A DNA stretch of 64,000 nt from assembly GCF_039654945.1 (NCBI RefSeq), contig NW_027361827.1, positions 28,458,001 through 28,522,000 on the forward strand, in the 5' to 3' direction. The stretch comes from Dendrobates tinctorius (lineage: Eukaryota). The notes beneath the pieces were generated by a model, which was not told the origin of the DNA, searched no databases, and was given only the letters and a program-made list of their open reading frames with translations. This document shows, piece by piece, positions 32,887 to 47,046 of the stretch; the stretch's first letter is position 1, and every line of letters begins with the position of its first letter. The translations under genes were made by a program, and so were the position numbers.

Positions 32887-35524
32887 TGTAAGGTATCAAG
32901 CAGGAATGCGAGATGCAGGCAGAGCAAAGGTTAACAGGTTTATTTACAGGGGAAATACTCCACGCAGGGCGGTAAAGAGTTAAACAGTATTAAAGGCATA
33001 GTACAATACAACGGGTCAAATATTAGCAAACGTATAAGGAAGTCCTAGTACTGCAGCTCCTGCTCCGAACTCAATGGTCCCAGCAACGGCCGACGCAGTG
33101 TCCTCATTAATGTGGTCAAGCAGACAACAATACCCCCCGTCTTCTGGAGACAGTGGTTGGTCTCTGGTACCTTCCACTGCCCCTAGTCCATATACTGTAG
33201 TTTCCTACAAAGGTAAGGGCCACGACTACTGTCTAAGCTCGACGAGACTCCTGCACAACTGTCGTCACAGTCTGGGTCAAGCGAGCCCAAAGTGGCTGAC
33301 GATAGAAGGGGTCACGATCAGGTATGGGCTCAGAAGTTGTTTAATGGCATGGTCAAGATACAAGGTTCTGTCCTGTCCTCGGTCACTTGCATGAGGCACA
33401 TGTGTTATATTCATGGACACGGAGTGTTCTGTGCCTTGCTTTCTGACAGTCACCGGACTCACGCTGTACGCCCCTTTCTCTCTGGTCCCTGCTGTTGGCG
33501 ACGGGCGACATCTGGCACTAGCTTGCACACTGCCTATGTTCTCAGGACTTGGCACTTCACTCTCTGGCTGCTGCACAGCTGGCTCAGCTCTACTTAGTAT
33601 GCATGTCTCAGCTCTGTGTACACAGCTCGGCTCTGCTTTGCACTGCTCCGCAGCGGTCTCTCTCTCTGGCATGATACTGTCAACACTTGGCTCTGCAGGC
33701 AACGAGGCTCCATCTATGCAACCTCTCACAGCGTCGGTACTCTATGCAGAGGACAAAGGAAGCAGAGCATGCCACACACCGCTCTGCACGCTGCTCTGCC
33801 CTGGCGCCAAACTGCTCTGCTTCGCGTGCTTTCTTCTTTTATCTCCCTGCTGCTGCGCGCCCTTTTCTGGCTCTCCCCACCCCCTCCTGTCAGCAGGAAA
33901 CTCTGTCTCTCTCATGCTTTCCTCATGCAGCAGGGGTCCGACCTACTCAGGCTTCCCCCGGGAACAATGGATGCAGCCTTTCCAGTTCAGGACCCGGCAT
34001 GCAGGTACCCGAGGTCCGGTCTATCTGCTTACACTCATGTCGACAGGAGGCGAGGACAGTGACTCTGGCACTGATTGGAAACAGGCATCACATGTCGCAA
34101 GAACAGCACTGGAGCCCCATTAGAGCGAGTCCTGATACTGCGGGAATGACACTAGCATGGGAGGTGAGTATAGGCTTTAGTATTTTGTGGAGGCCAAGCG
34201 AAGGATATGATAAGAAGCTGTTGAAGTAGGGGACAACTTCTGTAATATTTTGTCTTTTGCAATCATTTATGCCCTGTATATCGTGTTAATGTAAGGTTCT
34301 AGCAGGAACGCGGGATACAGTGATGAGCAGGAGGCAGAACAAGAGTTAACGGGTATTTTATGCAGAGAATAATTGGCAGTCAGTGCTCCATGAAGGGAGA
34401 ACACAAAAGCAAAGTAATACAAATACAGGACAAACATTAACAGTGTAGATCTAACGCTAATAATGATCAGTAAAGGAATGGATCAAACTTCTTAGTCTGT
34501 ACCTCCCGGCCGGTCAGGGCTACACGATTTCACGGTGTCTACGCAGGTGAAAGGAGAAGTCTCTGAAGCTATCCCAGATGACGTCAAAGCAATGTCTCTT
34601 GAAAGAAACGGTGGTTCCTGGCTTTTCCTGATGCGGGGTTCCGGTCCTGGTACATGGGATTGCACGGGGTGTAGAAGATGAAAGAACACATTGGTCACAA
34701 AGTTCTGGAGAGGAGGCTGAAGAGGGGACCTTGCAGTCAGGGTGTTGCACGTGGTCCGTTTGAAAACGACTGTCAGGAACTGCGAGGAATGCAGTCCAAT
34801 CAGAGCTCACAGATGTGGAAGTCTGTCGGGAGCCCGACTCTGTCTGAACGCAGGCTGTGCGCATAGAGAAGGATAAGCCACAGCATCGTCCTGCTGATTG
34901 GCGAGGAGCAATGGAGACGGAGCCAACCTTCTCCATTCGTGTTCTCTGTCTTCCCGCCAGAAGTCCCCTTTTCCCTTGCTCAGCCTTTTTTTATCCCTAA
35001 CCCGCCCCCTGCAGTCAGGTGCAAAGGTCTGCTCCGGTCAGAAAGTTCTTCCCCTGCAACAATGGTGACAGCCCCGATGGTTCCAGCCCAGACACACAAG
35101 AAGCTGCCCCAGCCCGGTCCACCTCCCTACATTAATAATAATTATGCTATTCCATTTTATTGTATTCTAACATTTTTACCACTTAATAACTTTGGCACAT
35201 GTTAAGGCTGCCCCTGGATCAGAAAATTCTCCTGTAGATCAATTTCTCTGTATGCCGGGTGCTCCTTTTCTCTGATCGGGCTTTTTAGGCTAGTTTAAGT
35301 CCTGTCTCTGTTTTCTCCAGATACTCAGTCTGGCTTGTAGCTGAGATATTGTGTTGGCTTGTCTTTTGCCACACAGCTCCAACAGGAATATAGCAATACA
35401 ACTCAAACAGAACACAACTTTAGAAAACTTAGACCATGTAGCTATAGTCCCTTCTTCTGTGTCTCGAGTTCTGCACTAGGGCAGTCCTCATAGCTGCATT
35501 CTATTTGGGCTGCTGCCTCTTACA
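32887..35524 (-). mobile_element. Decayed LTR-retrotransposon-derived sequence (two related LTR-like starts)
   Basis: Similar TGTAAGGT..AGCAGGAA..GTTAAC..TTTA starts at 32887 and 34290, with CTTACA at 35519-35524. No convincing TSD or pol domain. Confidence 0.45.
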
Positions 35525-36842
35525 CAGCACAAATATGCACACCCTCTGCTGTTCTTGCTTTCTCTGACTTGTGGATCTGTAATGCCTAAATATGTGCCTA
35601 TAGGACCTTCTACAGCTTATAAGTTACATGGACAGCATGTTGATTTAAATGAGAATTGTGTTTTGCTTAATTTTCCTGCTGGGGAAACAAAAATTGGAAA
35701 TTGAAGACTTGTCTGTTTTGGTCAGTTCCATAGATATTGAATGGAATGGCAACTTGTGTAGTCTTTGCTAAAAAGCACTATATATTTGTGAAACTCAGAG
35801 AGTGGACAGAGTCTTTTATAAAGTATGTTCCTGTATGCACTGCATGTGTGTTGAACCTGGAGAAGAAAAGAGGCTAGTGTAGTGCTGAAAACTAGAAGTA
35901 GTAGAAGTAGCCAAACGGGCGAAACGTAGTGGAGTGGACTACATTAGCCATTCAGACTGTCTTCTGTGTACCCTAGAGCTGTGGAACCTTTGGGTTCATC
36001 ACAAAACCCCCAGATCAAGCATGTCACTGAAGTAGACCAGAAAGCAAGTGACTGCAGACTGTAGCCAGTTTTTATGCGAAACACAAAAGCTGCCAGTAAC
36101 TAGTTTACAGCTTAGTAAAGCAAACGACAGAAGGTGCCTTCTGTATGGATGGTATGATTAACAAACAAATTAGTTACCTATCCCAACCCACCATGTGATT
36201 TTTTCATCAGTATTGGTGTATTAGAAAGCCTCTTTAAATGGACAACATCAATTCAAAATGTACCCGTGCCCCATTGAGCTGATGAAAATGTTAAAAGATT
36301 AAGTATATGCTACAGTTACTCTTCCCTCTGTTTCCGCTTCAGAAGCTGGGCAGCTCCTTTGTTGTTGGAAATGAGTGACACTGACAGTCTTGTGTTATTC
36401 TTGGGACTTTTAGTGCCGCTAAATCAGAGAGCTATAAGATTAATTTTTGTCTGATTTTAATTACTTCTTCCTGAAATCTCCAGGAAGAGCTGTCTGCTTC
36501 TTAAACTCCTGAACCTCTGACTTCCACTGCTTGTCAATAAGTTCAGATTACCTGATCTATAGCCCTGATCCTTTCTCTTGTTGCGTCTCCTGATTTATCT
36601 TGTTTTCTGAACTTGGCTTGTATTTTGACCACATACTTGATTTCTGATTTTGTTCCTCATGTGACCTCTTAATATTGACCCTGTGTGATGACTTGTCTCG
36701 CCAATAACTTGCTCCACCGTCAGCAGCTGACTCTGTGATTCCAGTCCAGAAGTCCCTGTGTAAGTACATATCCCTGTTCAGGGGTTAAAGGGTGAAAGCC
36801 AGGGAAAGCCTTGGGATCTGGTGAACATAGTGGCTTGCAATA

Positions 36843-37507
36843 AAGGCCCCGTCACACTAAGCGACTTACCAGCGATCCCGACACCAATATCAAGGTGTCA
36901 GGATCGCTAGTAAGTCGCTATGTGATCCCTGGTGAGCTGTCACACAGACAGCTTCACCAGCGATCAGCACAGCGATGCCGAGCGCCCGGCATCGCTGGCC
37001 ATCCCTGTAAAAAATAGAGTCAAAATAAAAAATATAGCTATTCTCACCTTCCGACGTCCCGTTCAGCCATCCTGCCTCTCTCCACGCTCCGGTCCCAGTG
37101 ATCCTTTGCGAGAATGACCGCGAGATGTCATGGTCTCGAGGGATAACAAAGTCTCGGGGTCATTCGTGCAAAGGATCACTGGGACCGGAGCGTGGAGAGA
37201 GGCAGGATGGCTGAACGGGACGTCGGAAGGAGAGAATAACTATATTTTTAATTTTTTTTATTATCTTTTACACCTGATCGCTGGTCTCCTGCCTGTCACA
37301 CACAGCGATACGTGCTGGCCAGCGGGAGACCAGCGATCAAAGAAATGTCCAGAGGTTTCTTCCAGCGATCAGCGATACTGGCAGGGGGGCCGCTCGCTGA
37401 TCGCTGTCACACACAGCGATCTCGCTGGTGAGATTGCTGTTGTGTCACAAAAGTTGTGACTCAGCAGCGATCTCGCTACCGAGATTGCTTAGTGAGACGG
37501 GGCCTTA
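36843..37507. mobile_element. T2/Kolobok-type MITE (CAGCGAT family)
   Basis: TIRs AAGGCCCCGTCACACTAAGC...GCTTAGTGAGACGGGGCCTT. Internal palindrome at ~37040-37230. Confidence 0.88.
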
Positions 37508-38147
37508 AGTCTTTCTGTAGAAATTCAATTAACACCTGTCAGGTTTCCATGAACAGTGCAACCATGACAGCATTCATAATTTAACTTAACACTGCTTCCT
37601 AGACATGAGCACACATGCCACAGTGACATTTAACAAATCATTAAAGACACAATTGTTACTACTTTCTATGTATAAAAACAGTCCAGGAATCTGGCAGAAA
37701 TTCATTCTGGTATTAACTTTTGATAGAATATTTTAACAAGTATGGTATGCAAACTTGATTTAACCTTGTTTGTTAGATCAAAGGTGTGGATTGCCTCTGG
37801 AAATAGACCTTATAATGAGAAATAAATGTGACCTGATGCTTATTCTAAACACTTCAGGGACTATTGTGGCAAAGTAAATAGTTTTAGCAAGAGTTTATAA
37901 AGACTGCCAAATGTGACATGAAAACAATCGAGGTAAACACTTCTAGAGGTAAAAATACTTGAGGGGGAAAGCAAGACAGGACAGAGCACTTATTAAGACA
38001 GAAAAGCTAAAATAGCTATGCCTTCCTTATTTTCAGCAGAAAAAAACAATATTTTTTAGCGATGGTGGTTAAGGGGAAGATATTGAATCCAGAAATTGTA
38101 GGTGGCATAGGCTCTATCCAGCCACCCGAGACTATACTGGATGGGAT

Positions 38148-39722
38148 TAGAGATGAGCAAACATTTCAAGGTTCGGTTCGGTTCAACGAACGTACCCAAA
38201 TCCCATTAGATTCAATGAGAGGCCAAACCAAACATATACATAACACCTTAACAGGTGACAAAAAGCTTCTCAAACAGGTAAAATTAGGTTAAAGCCCCCG
38301 TTACACACTGCGATATCGCTAGCAATATCGCTGTAAAGTCACCGATTTTGTGACGTAGCAGCGATATTGCTAGCAATATCGCTACATGTGATACTTACCT
38401 CCGACCGGCTCCCCCGCTGATTATCGCTGGTCGCGCGAGAAGGTCCTGGATCATTACTCATCGGGCGCTTCCTGCTGGACTTCCTGTGGCGCTGACGAGC
38501 GACGCGTGGACACGGGCGGGAGGACGTCAGGATCGCCGCGTCTGACAGGTAAGTAGCGACCCCTGCTATGTCGCTGGTGAGATCTGCCTGTGTGGCAGCT
38601 CACTAGCGACCACTTAGCGATGCACCAGCGATCCATATCGTTATCGGGATCGCTGGTGCATCGCTATGTGTAACGGTACCCTAAGACACCATTAAAAGAG
38701 GCATCAATTGACCCACAGTAGAAATTTGCTAATAACACAGCAGCAGTCAGCCATGGGCCATGCATTAGGTATCAGGGTCTGAGCCAGTATTTACAGCTTT
38801 GAATTGAAATTTCAATGAAGACCTGGTGGTTAATGTAGAAGTGGTGTAAGCATGACTTGCTGGGAGCCTTGATGTAACAGCTCCATTTTTTTTTTACCAA
38901 CCACACTCAGGTGGCACAAACATCAGTTACTTAGAATACTATTGGTAGAAAAATGTAAGGAAAGTAACACAGGTTGTTGACTGATCAATTGACCCACAAA
39001 TTGAACCTTTTGTAATGGCACAGAAGCAGTCAGCCATGGGGCATGCATGAGATATCACAGTCTGGGCCAGCATTTACAGCTGTGAATTGAAGTTTCAATG
39101 AAGACCTGATGATTAAGGGAGCTGTATAAGCCTTCTTAGCTAGAAGCCCTGATACCTCATGCAACAATTCTAATATTTCTTTCTTCCCAGCCACACTCGG
39201 ATGGCACAAACATCAGTTTTATACAGTACTATTGGTAGAAAAATATAAGGACAGTAACACAGGTTGTTGACTGATCAACTGACCCACAGTAGAACCTTTT
39301 ATAATGGCACAGCAGCAGTCAGCCATTGGTCATGCATGAGGTGTCAGGGTCTTGGTCCAGCATTTACAGCTTTGAATTGAAGTTTCAATGAAGAACTGGT
39401 GGTTATGGGAGCATTGCAAGCCTTCTTTGCAGGGAGCCTTAATACCTCATGCAACAGTTCCAATTTTTCTTTTTTTCACAGCCACACTCAGATGGCACAA
39501 ACATCAGTTTCATAGAGTAATATTGGTAGAAAAATGTAAGGACAATAACACAGGTTGTTGACAGATCAACTGACCCACACTATAACTTTTTATAATGGCA
39601 CAGCAGCAGTCAGCCATGAGCCATGCATGAGGTATCAGGATCTGGGCCAGCATTTACAGCTTTGAATTGAAGTTTTAATGAAGAACTGGTGGTTAAGGGA
39701 GCATCGTAAACCTTCTTTGCTG
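38148..39722 (-). mobile_element. Terminus of another hAT-family element with a ~285-bp tandem array (~3.5 units, 38700-39722)
   Basis: TIR TAGAGATGAGC at 38148 and GTTCG subterminal motifs. TGACCCACA recurs near 38709, 38990, 39280 and 39571. Confidence 0.7.
38291..38683. mobile_element. T2/Kolobok-type MITE (GCGATATCGC family)
   Basis: TTAAAGCCCCCGTTACACA...TGTGTAACGGTACCCTAA. A reversed partial relative lies at ~58410-58622. Confidence 0.8.
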
Positions 39723-41663
39723 GGAGAAAATCATATAAGAAAAAATGTACTTGGAGAACCATATTGTGCCAAGTCGCACAGGGGAAGGGGGTGTTCACTT
39801 TGCTCAACTCGGGGGAGGAGAAGGAAGGACCCAGCAGGGATCGGCTCTCTGGAGCCACCACTTATCTCATGTCAGTCAGGGAACTGCACCAAGGGCAAAT
39901 AGTTGCTGGAAAGGCTTCCCTGATTGGTACAAACAATTGAGGCACTCCCAGTGAGGGGGGACATACATCACCAGACAAGGCAGGGGATACATATGAACCT
40001 CCCAGCTGTCACTGTCAGAGTTCCGCACTAACAGTACGGTATGCTGCCACCAGTTCCTCGTTCAACATAAGCCCTGTCCGACAACATGCTTTTATCAGGT
40101 CAGAAACCAACCCGGGTAGCATATAATATAACCAACTGAGCGTGCGGACGTGGGGATTCGTGTATCGAAATAAAAGCGCAGCCCAAGATTCATTATATAT
40201 TTAATCACCGAAAAGGTGTACTAGAAATATACAGGTAAATATTTACAAGAACAATATACAGGTATACAGTCAGGAGTGCAGCATAAGGATAGGGTATAGA
40301 TAGGTTGCAATTACTATGTCATGTAGCTTTTTACCACAGGGAGGCGCTGATTGATCACAGGTCCAAATCTTAGTTACATGGTTTTCCTGGCTGCGTCTGG
40401 TAACAGTCCTCCTGCCAGTAGAAAATACTAAGCTCAAAATGAGCAGTTGTCTCTTATCTCCTAGGCAGTTCTCTCCCACACTCTGAACCCACCCCTGGGC
40501 TTGTGCAGCCTCTCTCCTCCCATCTCAGAGTATGATTTTGTGATCAGAACCTTGGAGGCTCATAACTTTCTGCCCGAAGCTCTGAAGGGAATGCCAGTGG
40601 TGCCACTGGATTCTGCTGGATTTTATCTGCACACAGAAACTAAATATGCCTGCCATATGTAATTCCTGGTAGCTATGCTTTATAACTCAATAATGCAGAG
40701 CATTACACGTGGTTGCCGGCAAGGGCATGTGGGGGAAGGAATGCTGATTCCGATTATGTGCTTGGCAAGCCTCAGCGATATTGAATTCTGTTATTATAGG
40801 TCATTTTCCAGATTCAATACCTCAGTGACTTGCTGATACCTTTGGTGCCACAATGTCTCCATGTGCTTGGATCAGACAAAGGGAGCCAGCTGGCTGTAGC
40901 TGCAGGAGAGTTCACACCCTTGTAATAATTATTGGGGACCACAGCTTCAAAGGGCTTGTTCTTGGAGTTAATTAAGGAAAATATTACATTGCCTTTTCTA
41001 GCCAGGGGGAACGCAAGGGTGAGGGCACCTTCCAGGAGTGGATGGAGATGTCCTGAATCTATAATCCAAAATGGATTGTCCCTCGTCCCTCATACCTCCT
41101 TACTTTAGAGGGCGCTAGCGGATATCACATCTCTGTGTTCCACTGCACACCTTTCCACAACCTCCCCTTGCTGGGATATTCCATCAGCATTCCCATGGTC
41201 GTGCCCCCTTTTGTGGCGAATGGTGAAGTGGTATTGCTGGAGCCTGAGGCTCCAGCATAGCAACCTCCTATTCGTCCTTGAGACTGTGTGCAACCAACTG
41301 AGGGGATTGTGGTCCATCTCCATGATGAAAGGGTACCCGTATAAGTAGGGCTGCAGACTCTGCAGTGCCCATACAATTGCCAGGCATTCTTTTTCCATTG
41401 TGGCCACCTCTCTCGGCAATAGCTTCCTGCTCAGGTACAGGGCAGGATGCTCCTGACCGGCTTTGTTGACTTGGCTGAGCACGGCACCAAGGCCTAAGTC
41501 ATTGGCGTCGGTCTGTGCTACAAACGGCGCCGCCAAGACAGCAGCTTTTAGTACTGGGGAGCTGGAGAAAGCAGTCTTGAGCGCCTGAAAAGTGGTCTCG
41601 CAGGAAACAGACCAGTCTAACGCATGAGGCAGCTTTTTCAGGGGCTTGGCCAGGGTACTATAG

Positions 41664-42583
41664 TGTAAGGATTCCGTACTTTCCTTTGTGCCTGTTTGCC
41701 CTGAACCGAGATGGAGTCTCATATCTCACCTTGTCATGGAACTTCCTGTCTGTCCTGATTATTTAAGTTCAGGTCATGTGCTCCTCTGTGCCTGAGTGTT
41801 TTGTTGCTGTTGGCTCCAGAGCTCCTGCCTGTCTGCTGGTTTACTCCCTGCTGCTGCTTGTTACTTGGTGCTCTGCCTTTCCACATTCTGCCGCCTACAG
41901 TCCTCTGTGCATCTCCCTGACGCTGTCTGTGCTTAACTACAGTCTGGACTTCTAGTGTGGAGCTATTCGAGCCTTGAACTGCTGTAGCTAGTAAGGAATC
42001 CTGACATCTCCATTTCCTCTAGGTCTGTGTTTGTTTGGGCTGCGTTGCTGGACTTGTGCGGGACTTTCAGCCCTAAGGGTACTTATAGTGATCTTCTCCT
42101 GTTTATTCCCCTTTTGTATCACGCTGGACTTCTACGTTTAAGTGCCATGTGCTTTTCCACCCTTATGATTGCTGGACTTCTACACTTTAGTTTTGTGTGC
42201 GTGCTCATTCATAACATCACAGGACTGCCTCATTAAATGCAGTGGGCTTACTTTCATGCTTACTGCTGGACTCCTATGTTTAGTGCCCTATGTTTTAGTT
42301 ATAATGTGCACACCTGCATCATATTACTGTTGGACTGGTTCATATTAGCGGTCGCGCCCCGCCCTTCAGTTATTCTGCATCATTCAGTGTGCTGTTTTCA
42401 TTACTATTGCAGGAAGTGCTCTGCTAGTTTTACTTTACTTGCATCATTCTATATTGTGCTGTGTTTTCGTTACTGAAGGAAGAACTCTGGTAGTTGTGTT
42501 ATCCTTGTTAAATATACTTATTTGGTCTCAATCTTGTATTATCCCGTGCAATTAGATGCCATAGTACACTTATAGTTGTTTCA
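41664..42583. mobile_element. Solo LTR (920 bp) inserted in the Gypsy pol gene
   Basis: TG...CA ends with a near-perfect 5-bp TSD TATAG/TGTAG. Removing it rejoins GYYRRFAPHY to STLAKPL. Confidence 0.8.
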
Positions 42584-43062
42584 TGTAGTGTGGAGCAAAC
42601 CTCCTATAGTACCCAGCAGTCCCAAAGAAGGACATCACCTGTTTCTTGGTCCTGGAGGTGGGCCAGGATGGCATCCACTTTCCTGGGCTCTGGCTTCAGA
42701 ACCCCCCTGCCTACCCGGTGACCCAGGTAGAGGACCTTGCTCTTGCCCAGCTGGCACTTTTCCAGCTTGATGGTTAAACCTGCCCGGTGTATTTGCCTAA
42801 GCACCTGGGTCAGATGCACTAGGTGATCCTCCCAGGTTGGACTAAAGATGGCAATATCATCCAGGTACGCAGCCATGTACCCTTCAAGTCCCTGGAGCAA
42901 TGTGTTGACCATCTGCTGAAATATGTCAGGGGTATTTTTCATGCCGAATGGCATCACGGTAGACTCATACAATCCAAACAGGGTGATAAAGACAGAGCAC
43001 TCCCGGGCCTCATGAGTCATAGGGATATGCCAATATCCCCAGCTCAGATCCATGATGGTCAG

Positions 43063-44023
43063 TGTCAGGCATCAAATTCCCGCCACTGCACAGTGGGAAT
43101 CTCCAGCCATCTCCTCTGTGGTCTCCCATTCTTCTGCAGCCGCAGAGGGTCCTGCTCAGCGGAGGCGTTGGTCCCAGCATCTTGCTCAGGCTAATGCTAT
43201 GCGTCTGGTTGCTGCTGCTGTCTCAGGTTCAGCTATACCATCCAGTAATAGTCAGCAGCAAGCAGACGTCCCTGGGACTAAGTCCTGTTTTTCTCCATGT
43301 GAGCATGCCCGTGAGAAGACCACTCACTGGTGGTCAGAGATCACATGCTCAGGTCCTCAAGCAGCTCGGATTGGGCCATCAGCAAGGTCCCAGAAGGCTG
43401 CGGTAATAAAAGGATCGCACGGCTGCATGGCCGTGCACTAGTATAGTCCATTTGGAGTGAGTGTTGTTTGCACGTATGAATGTCTCTGGTGAATGACTCA
43501 TTATGAAACCCATACCCTTGGTATGCATGTGTTGTTCAGCCTTGCCAGATAGTGCCTAGGCTGTTAGTGCAGGTAGGAGGCAGAGTCAGGGACTAGCTTC
43601 AGCGCCAAGTAGTAGCTTGCCTGTTCGCCACTGTGCACTTTGTCTGCACTCTACAGTAGCCAGCGTCTATTAGTGGCATTCGCAGGTGTGACACCATGCA
43701 CTTAGTGGATCTATAGAGGCTCTTACCCCATGTCCTTGGGGCAGAGTCTTGTGACCGTACACTAGCGCTGACTCCGCTGTGCCCTGTGACAGTCAACAGG
43801 GTATGGCATCTGTCTTATGCGGTACCGTGGCTCTGTGAAGCAACAAAGCCTGTCACTACTACATACTTGGTGGTGTCTAACCCACGTGTGTCCAGTGATA
43901 TACCGCCATTTAGTGTCTGCCATTATTGAGCAGCAGTTAACATCTCTGCACTGTGGACCCCGGGCTGCGAACGCACCTTATTACCATCTTTATATTATTT
44001 GGTGCGTTCCACCAGCCCTAACA
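43063..44023. mobile_element. Solo LTR (961 bp) inserted in the Gypsy RT domain
   Basis: Termini TGTCAGG...CCTAACA with a perfect 5-bp TSD GTCAG (43058-43062 and 44024-44028). Confidence 0.88.
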
Positions 44024-44899
44024 GTCAGGTACTTAGCCCCGGACAACTGATCGAGCAGGTCATCGATGTGTGGCAACAGGAACGCATTGTGACCGTGACA
44101 GCCCCCGGAAGTCCATGCAGAATCGGGTTGCTTGGTTCTTTTTGGGGACGAGGACTATGGGCGACGTCCATGCGCTGTTGGATGCCTGGATCACCCCCAA
44201 CTTCAGCATCTCATCAATCTCCTGGTGCATCTGCTGCTGCACCTCGAGAGACCCCGATATGCTGACCGCCAGATCGGGAGGGTGATCCCCAGTGTCCACG
44301 TGATGGGCAACCAACTTGGTCCTTCTGGGAAGGCTTCTAAACAGCTCTCAGATGGGGCATAGCGTATCCTCCAGCTGGGACTGTTGGTTCTCGGAGAACT
44401 GGTGACCAACGTTTACATCTTCAATGGATCCACCCACCTTGGCTTGGGTGAGCAGATCCAGGAGGGTTTTGGCCTCTCCTTCATCAGGAAAGTTGGACAC
44501 AGGGAGGGAGCAGGGCTCCTACTCATGATGAGCATTCATCATGTTCACATGGAAGGCCTTCCTCCTTCCACGGGCATGGTCTAGGGTTACCAGGTGCGTA
44601 ACATCATTGAGGCACTGGTGCACGAGGTATGGGCCCTCCCAGGCTGCCTGAAGCTTGTCCTGTGGTACGGTGACCAGTACCCACACTTTCTAACCAACCT
44701 GGTAGGTCCTTTCACAAGTGTTCTAGTTGTACCAGTGCTTCTGCTCAGCCTGAGCATGGGCCATATTGTCCTGCACCAGCCACTACAAGGCCATCATTTT
44801 GTCCAAGAAGCGCACGATGTACTCAACAGCCGACACTTTAGAGATGGCCACGTCTCCTTCCCATGCCTCTTTCACCAGCGCAAGGGGCCCTCGTTCATG

Positions 44900-45848
44900 C
44901 TACCGCCACCCAAAACATAATGTTTCCACCTCCATGCTTGACAGTGGGAATGGTATTCTTTAGGTCATAGGCAGCATTTCTCTTCCTTCAAACACGGCGA
45001 GTTGAGTTAATGCCAAAGTCCTCAATTTTTGTCTCATTTGACCAGAGCACCTTCTCCCAATCACTCACAGAATCATCCAGGGGTTCATTGGCAAAATTTA
45101 GACAGGCCTGCACATGTGCCTTCTTGAGCAGGGAGACCATGCGGGCACTGCAGAATTTTAAACCTTTACGGCGTAATATGTTAATAATGGTTTTCTTCGT
45201 GACTGTGGTCCCAGCTGTCTTGAGATCATTAACAAGTTCCCCCGTGTAGTTTAAAGCTAATCTTTCACTTTCCTAATGATCAAAGATACCCCATGAGGTG
45301 AGATTTTGCATGTTGCCCCAGATTGATGTCGATTGACAGTCATTTTGTATTTCTTCCATTTTCTTACTATTGCACCAACAGTTGTCTTCCTCTCACCCAG
45401 CGTCTTACTTATGGTTTTGTAGCCCATTCCAGCTTTCTGTAGGTCTATGATCTTGTTCCTGACATCCTTATAAAGCTCATTTGTCTTGCCCATGTTGTAG
45501 AGATTAGAGTCTGACTGATTAATTGAATCTGTGGACAGGAGTCTTTTATAAAGGTGACTATGTAAGACAGCTGTCTTTAATGCAGTAACGAGTTGATTAG
45601 GAGTCTCTAAGTGGTCTGTAGGAGCCAGAACTCTTAATGGCTGGTAAGGAATCAAATACTTATTTCTCAATACAAAATGCAAATAAATTTATATAATTTA
45701 TGCAATGTGATTTTCTGGATTTTATTTTTGATATTCCATCTCGCAATGTTAAAATTAACCTACCCTTAAAATCATAGACTGTTCATGTCTTTGTCAGTGG
45801 GCAAAGTTACAAAATCAGCAAGGGATCAAATAATTATTTCCTTCACTG
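44900..45848 (-). mobile_element. Tc1-like transposon, 5' half (IR/DR-type end), decayed
   Basis: TIR CAGTGAAGGAAATAATTATTTGATCCC ending at 45848 next to TA, with an inner direct repeat near 45651-45666. Paired-like domain [30 protein letters not shown]. Catalytic-region remnants VLWSNETKIE and KHGGGNIM. Confidence 0.9.
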
Positions 45849-45862
45849 TAAATATATATATA

Positions 45863-47046
45863 TCTAATATATAAAGCTCAAAGTGTGCATGTATGTATGT
45901 ATGTATGTGTGTGTGTATGTGTGTGTGTATGTCCGGGATAGGCATCCGCACCGTCGCAGCTACAGCCACAAAATTTGGCACAGTCACACGTCTGGACCCC
46001 GAGAGCGTCCTAAGCTATGTTGTGAGGCGAAATTTTAACCCCGCACATTCCAATTCACCAAACAATTTTGCCCCTATCTACACACTGGAGAAAAAGTGTG
46101 TGCGTGTCAAGCCCCGCCCCTCATTATGATGTCATAATGCCCCTATTTGCATACTGTGGAAACAGTGTGTGCGTATCAAGCCCTGCCCCTTATTATGATG
46201 TTACAATGGTTGCCATGGTGACGCTGATGTCATCATAGGTTGAAAGCCCTGCCGTCGCTCATTATGATGTCATAATGGTTGTCTATGGGATGGAGGATGT
46301 GTGATGGGTATATGGGCACTGGACTATTGGATGGAGGCTATGTATGATGGTTATATAGGCACGGGACTATGGGATGGAGGATATGTATGATGGGTATATG
46401 GGCATGGGACTATGAGATGAAGGATGTATGATGGGTATATGGGCACTGGACTAAGGGACGGAGGATATGTATGACAGGTATATGGGCACGGGCCTATGGG
46501 ATGGAGGATATGTATGACGGGTATATGGGCACGGGACTATGTGATGGCGGATATGTATGATGGGTATATGGGCACGGGACTATGGGATGGAGGATATGTA
46601 TGATGGGTATATGGGCATGGGACTATGAGATGAAGGATGTATGATGGGTATATGGACACTCGACTATGGGATGGAGGATATGTATGATGGGTATATAGGC
46701 ACGGGACTATGGGATGGCGGATATGTATGATGGGTATATGGGCACGGGACTAGGGGATGGCAAATATGTATGATGTGTATATGGGCATGAGACTATGGGA
46801 TGGAGAATATGTATGATGGGTATATGGGCATGGGACTATGGGATGGAGGATGTGTGATGGGTATATGGGCACTCGACTATGGGATGGAGGATATGTATGA
46901 TGGGTATATGGGCACGGGCCTATGGGATGGTGGATATGTATGATGGGTATATGGGCACGGGACTATGGGATGGAGGATAATTATAATTTTTTGTAACTAA
47001 CCACAGTTAGTTACTATGCCCGGGCAGCGCCTGGCACTTCAGCTAG
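45863..47046 (+). mobile_element. Non-autonomous Helitron with an internal ~43-bp minisatellite (46284-46980)
   Basis: 5' end TC (TCTAATATATAAAGC). 3' end has a GC-rich hairpin GCCCGGGCAGCGCCTGGC followed by ACTTCAGCTAG. Inserted between A and T in a (TA)n tract. Confidence 0.85.

Larger units (their letters stand above)
39765..44900 (-). mobile_element. Gmr1-like Gypsy LTR retrotransposon, decayed and 5'-truncated (INT-RT-RH order, probable 3' LTR at ~39765-41093)
   Basis: Read on the minus strand in this order: integrase C-terminus (AAWEGPYLV, ~44560-44880); RT start (WTSPIVLVPKK, 44060-44314); RT (VMPFGMKN, AYLDDIAIFS, 42604-43053); RNase H (FVAQTDANDLGLGAVLSQ, EKECLAIVWAL, DHNPL, HGNADGIS, 41105-41660). 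Confidence 0.88.

Noticed and set aside
33277-34229. Overlapping 150-236 aa ORFs
   Set aside because: This is GC-rich, low-complexity sequence in an LTR-derived region. No domain could be assigned; it may be decayed gag.
35895-35935. GCC..GGCGAAACGT hammerhead-like motif on the plus strand
   Set aside because: There is no CUGANGA-like core and no convincing stem I.
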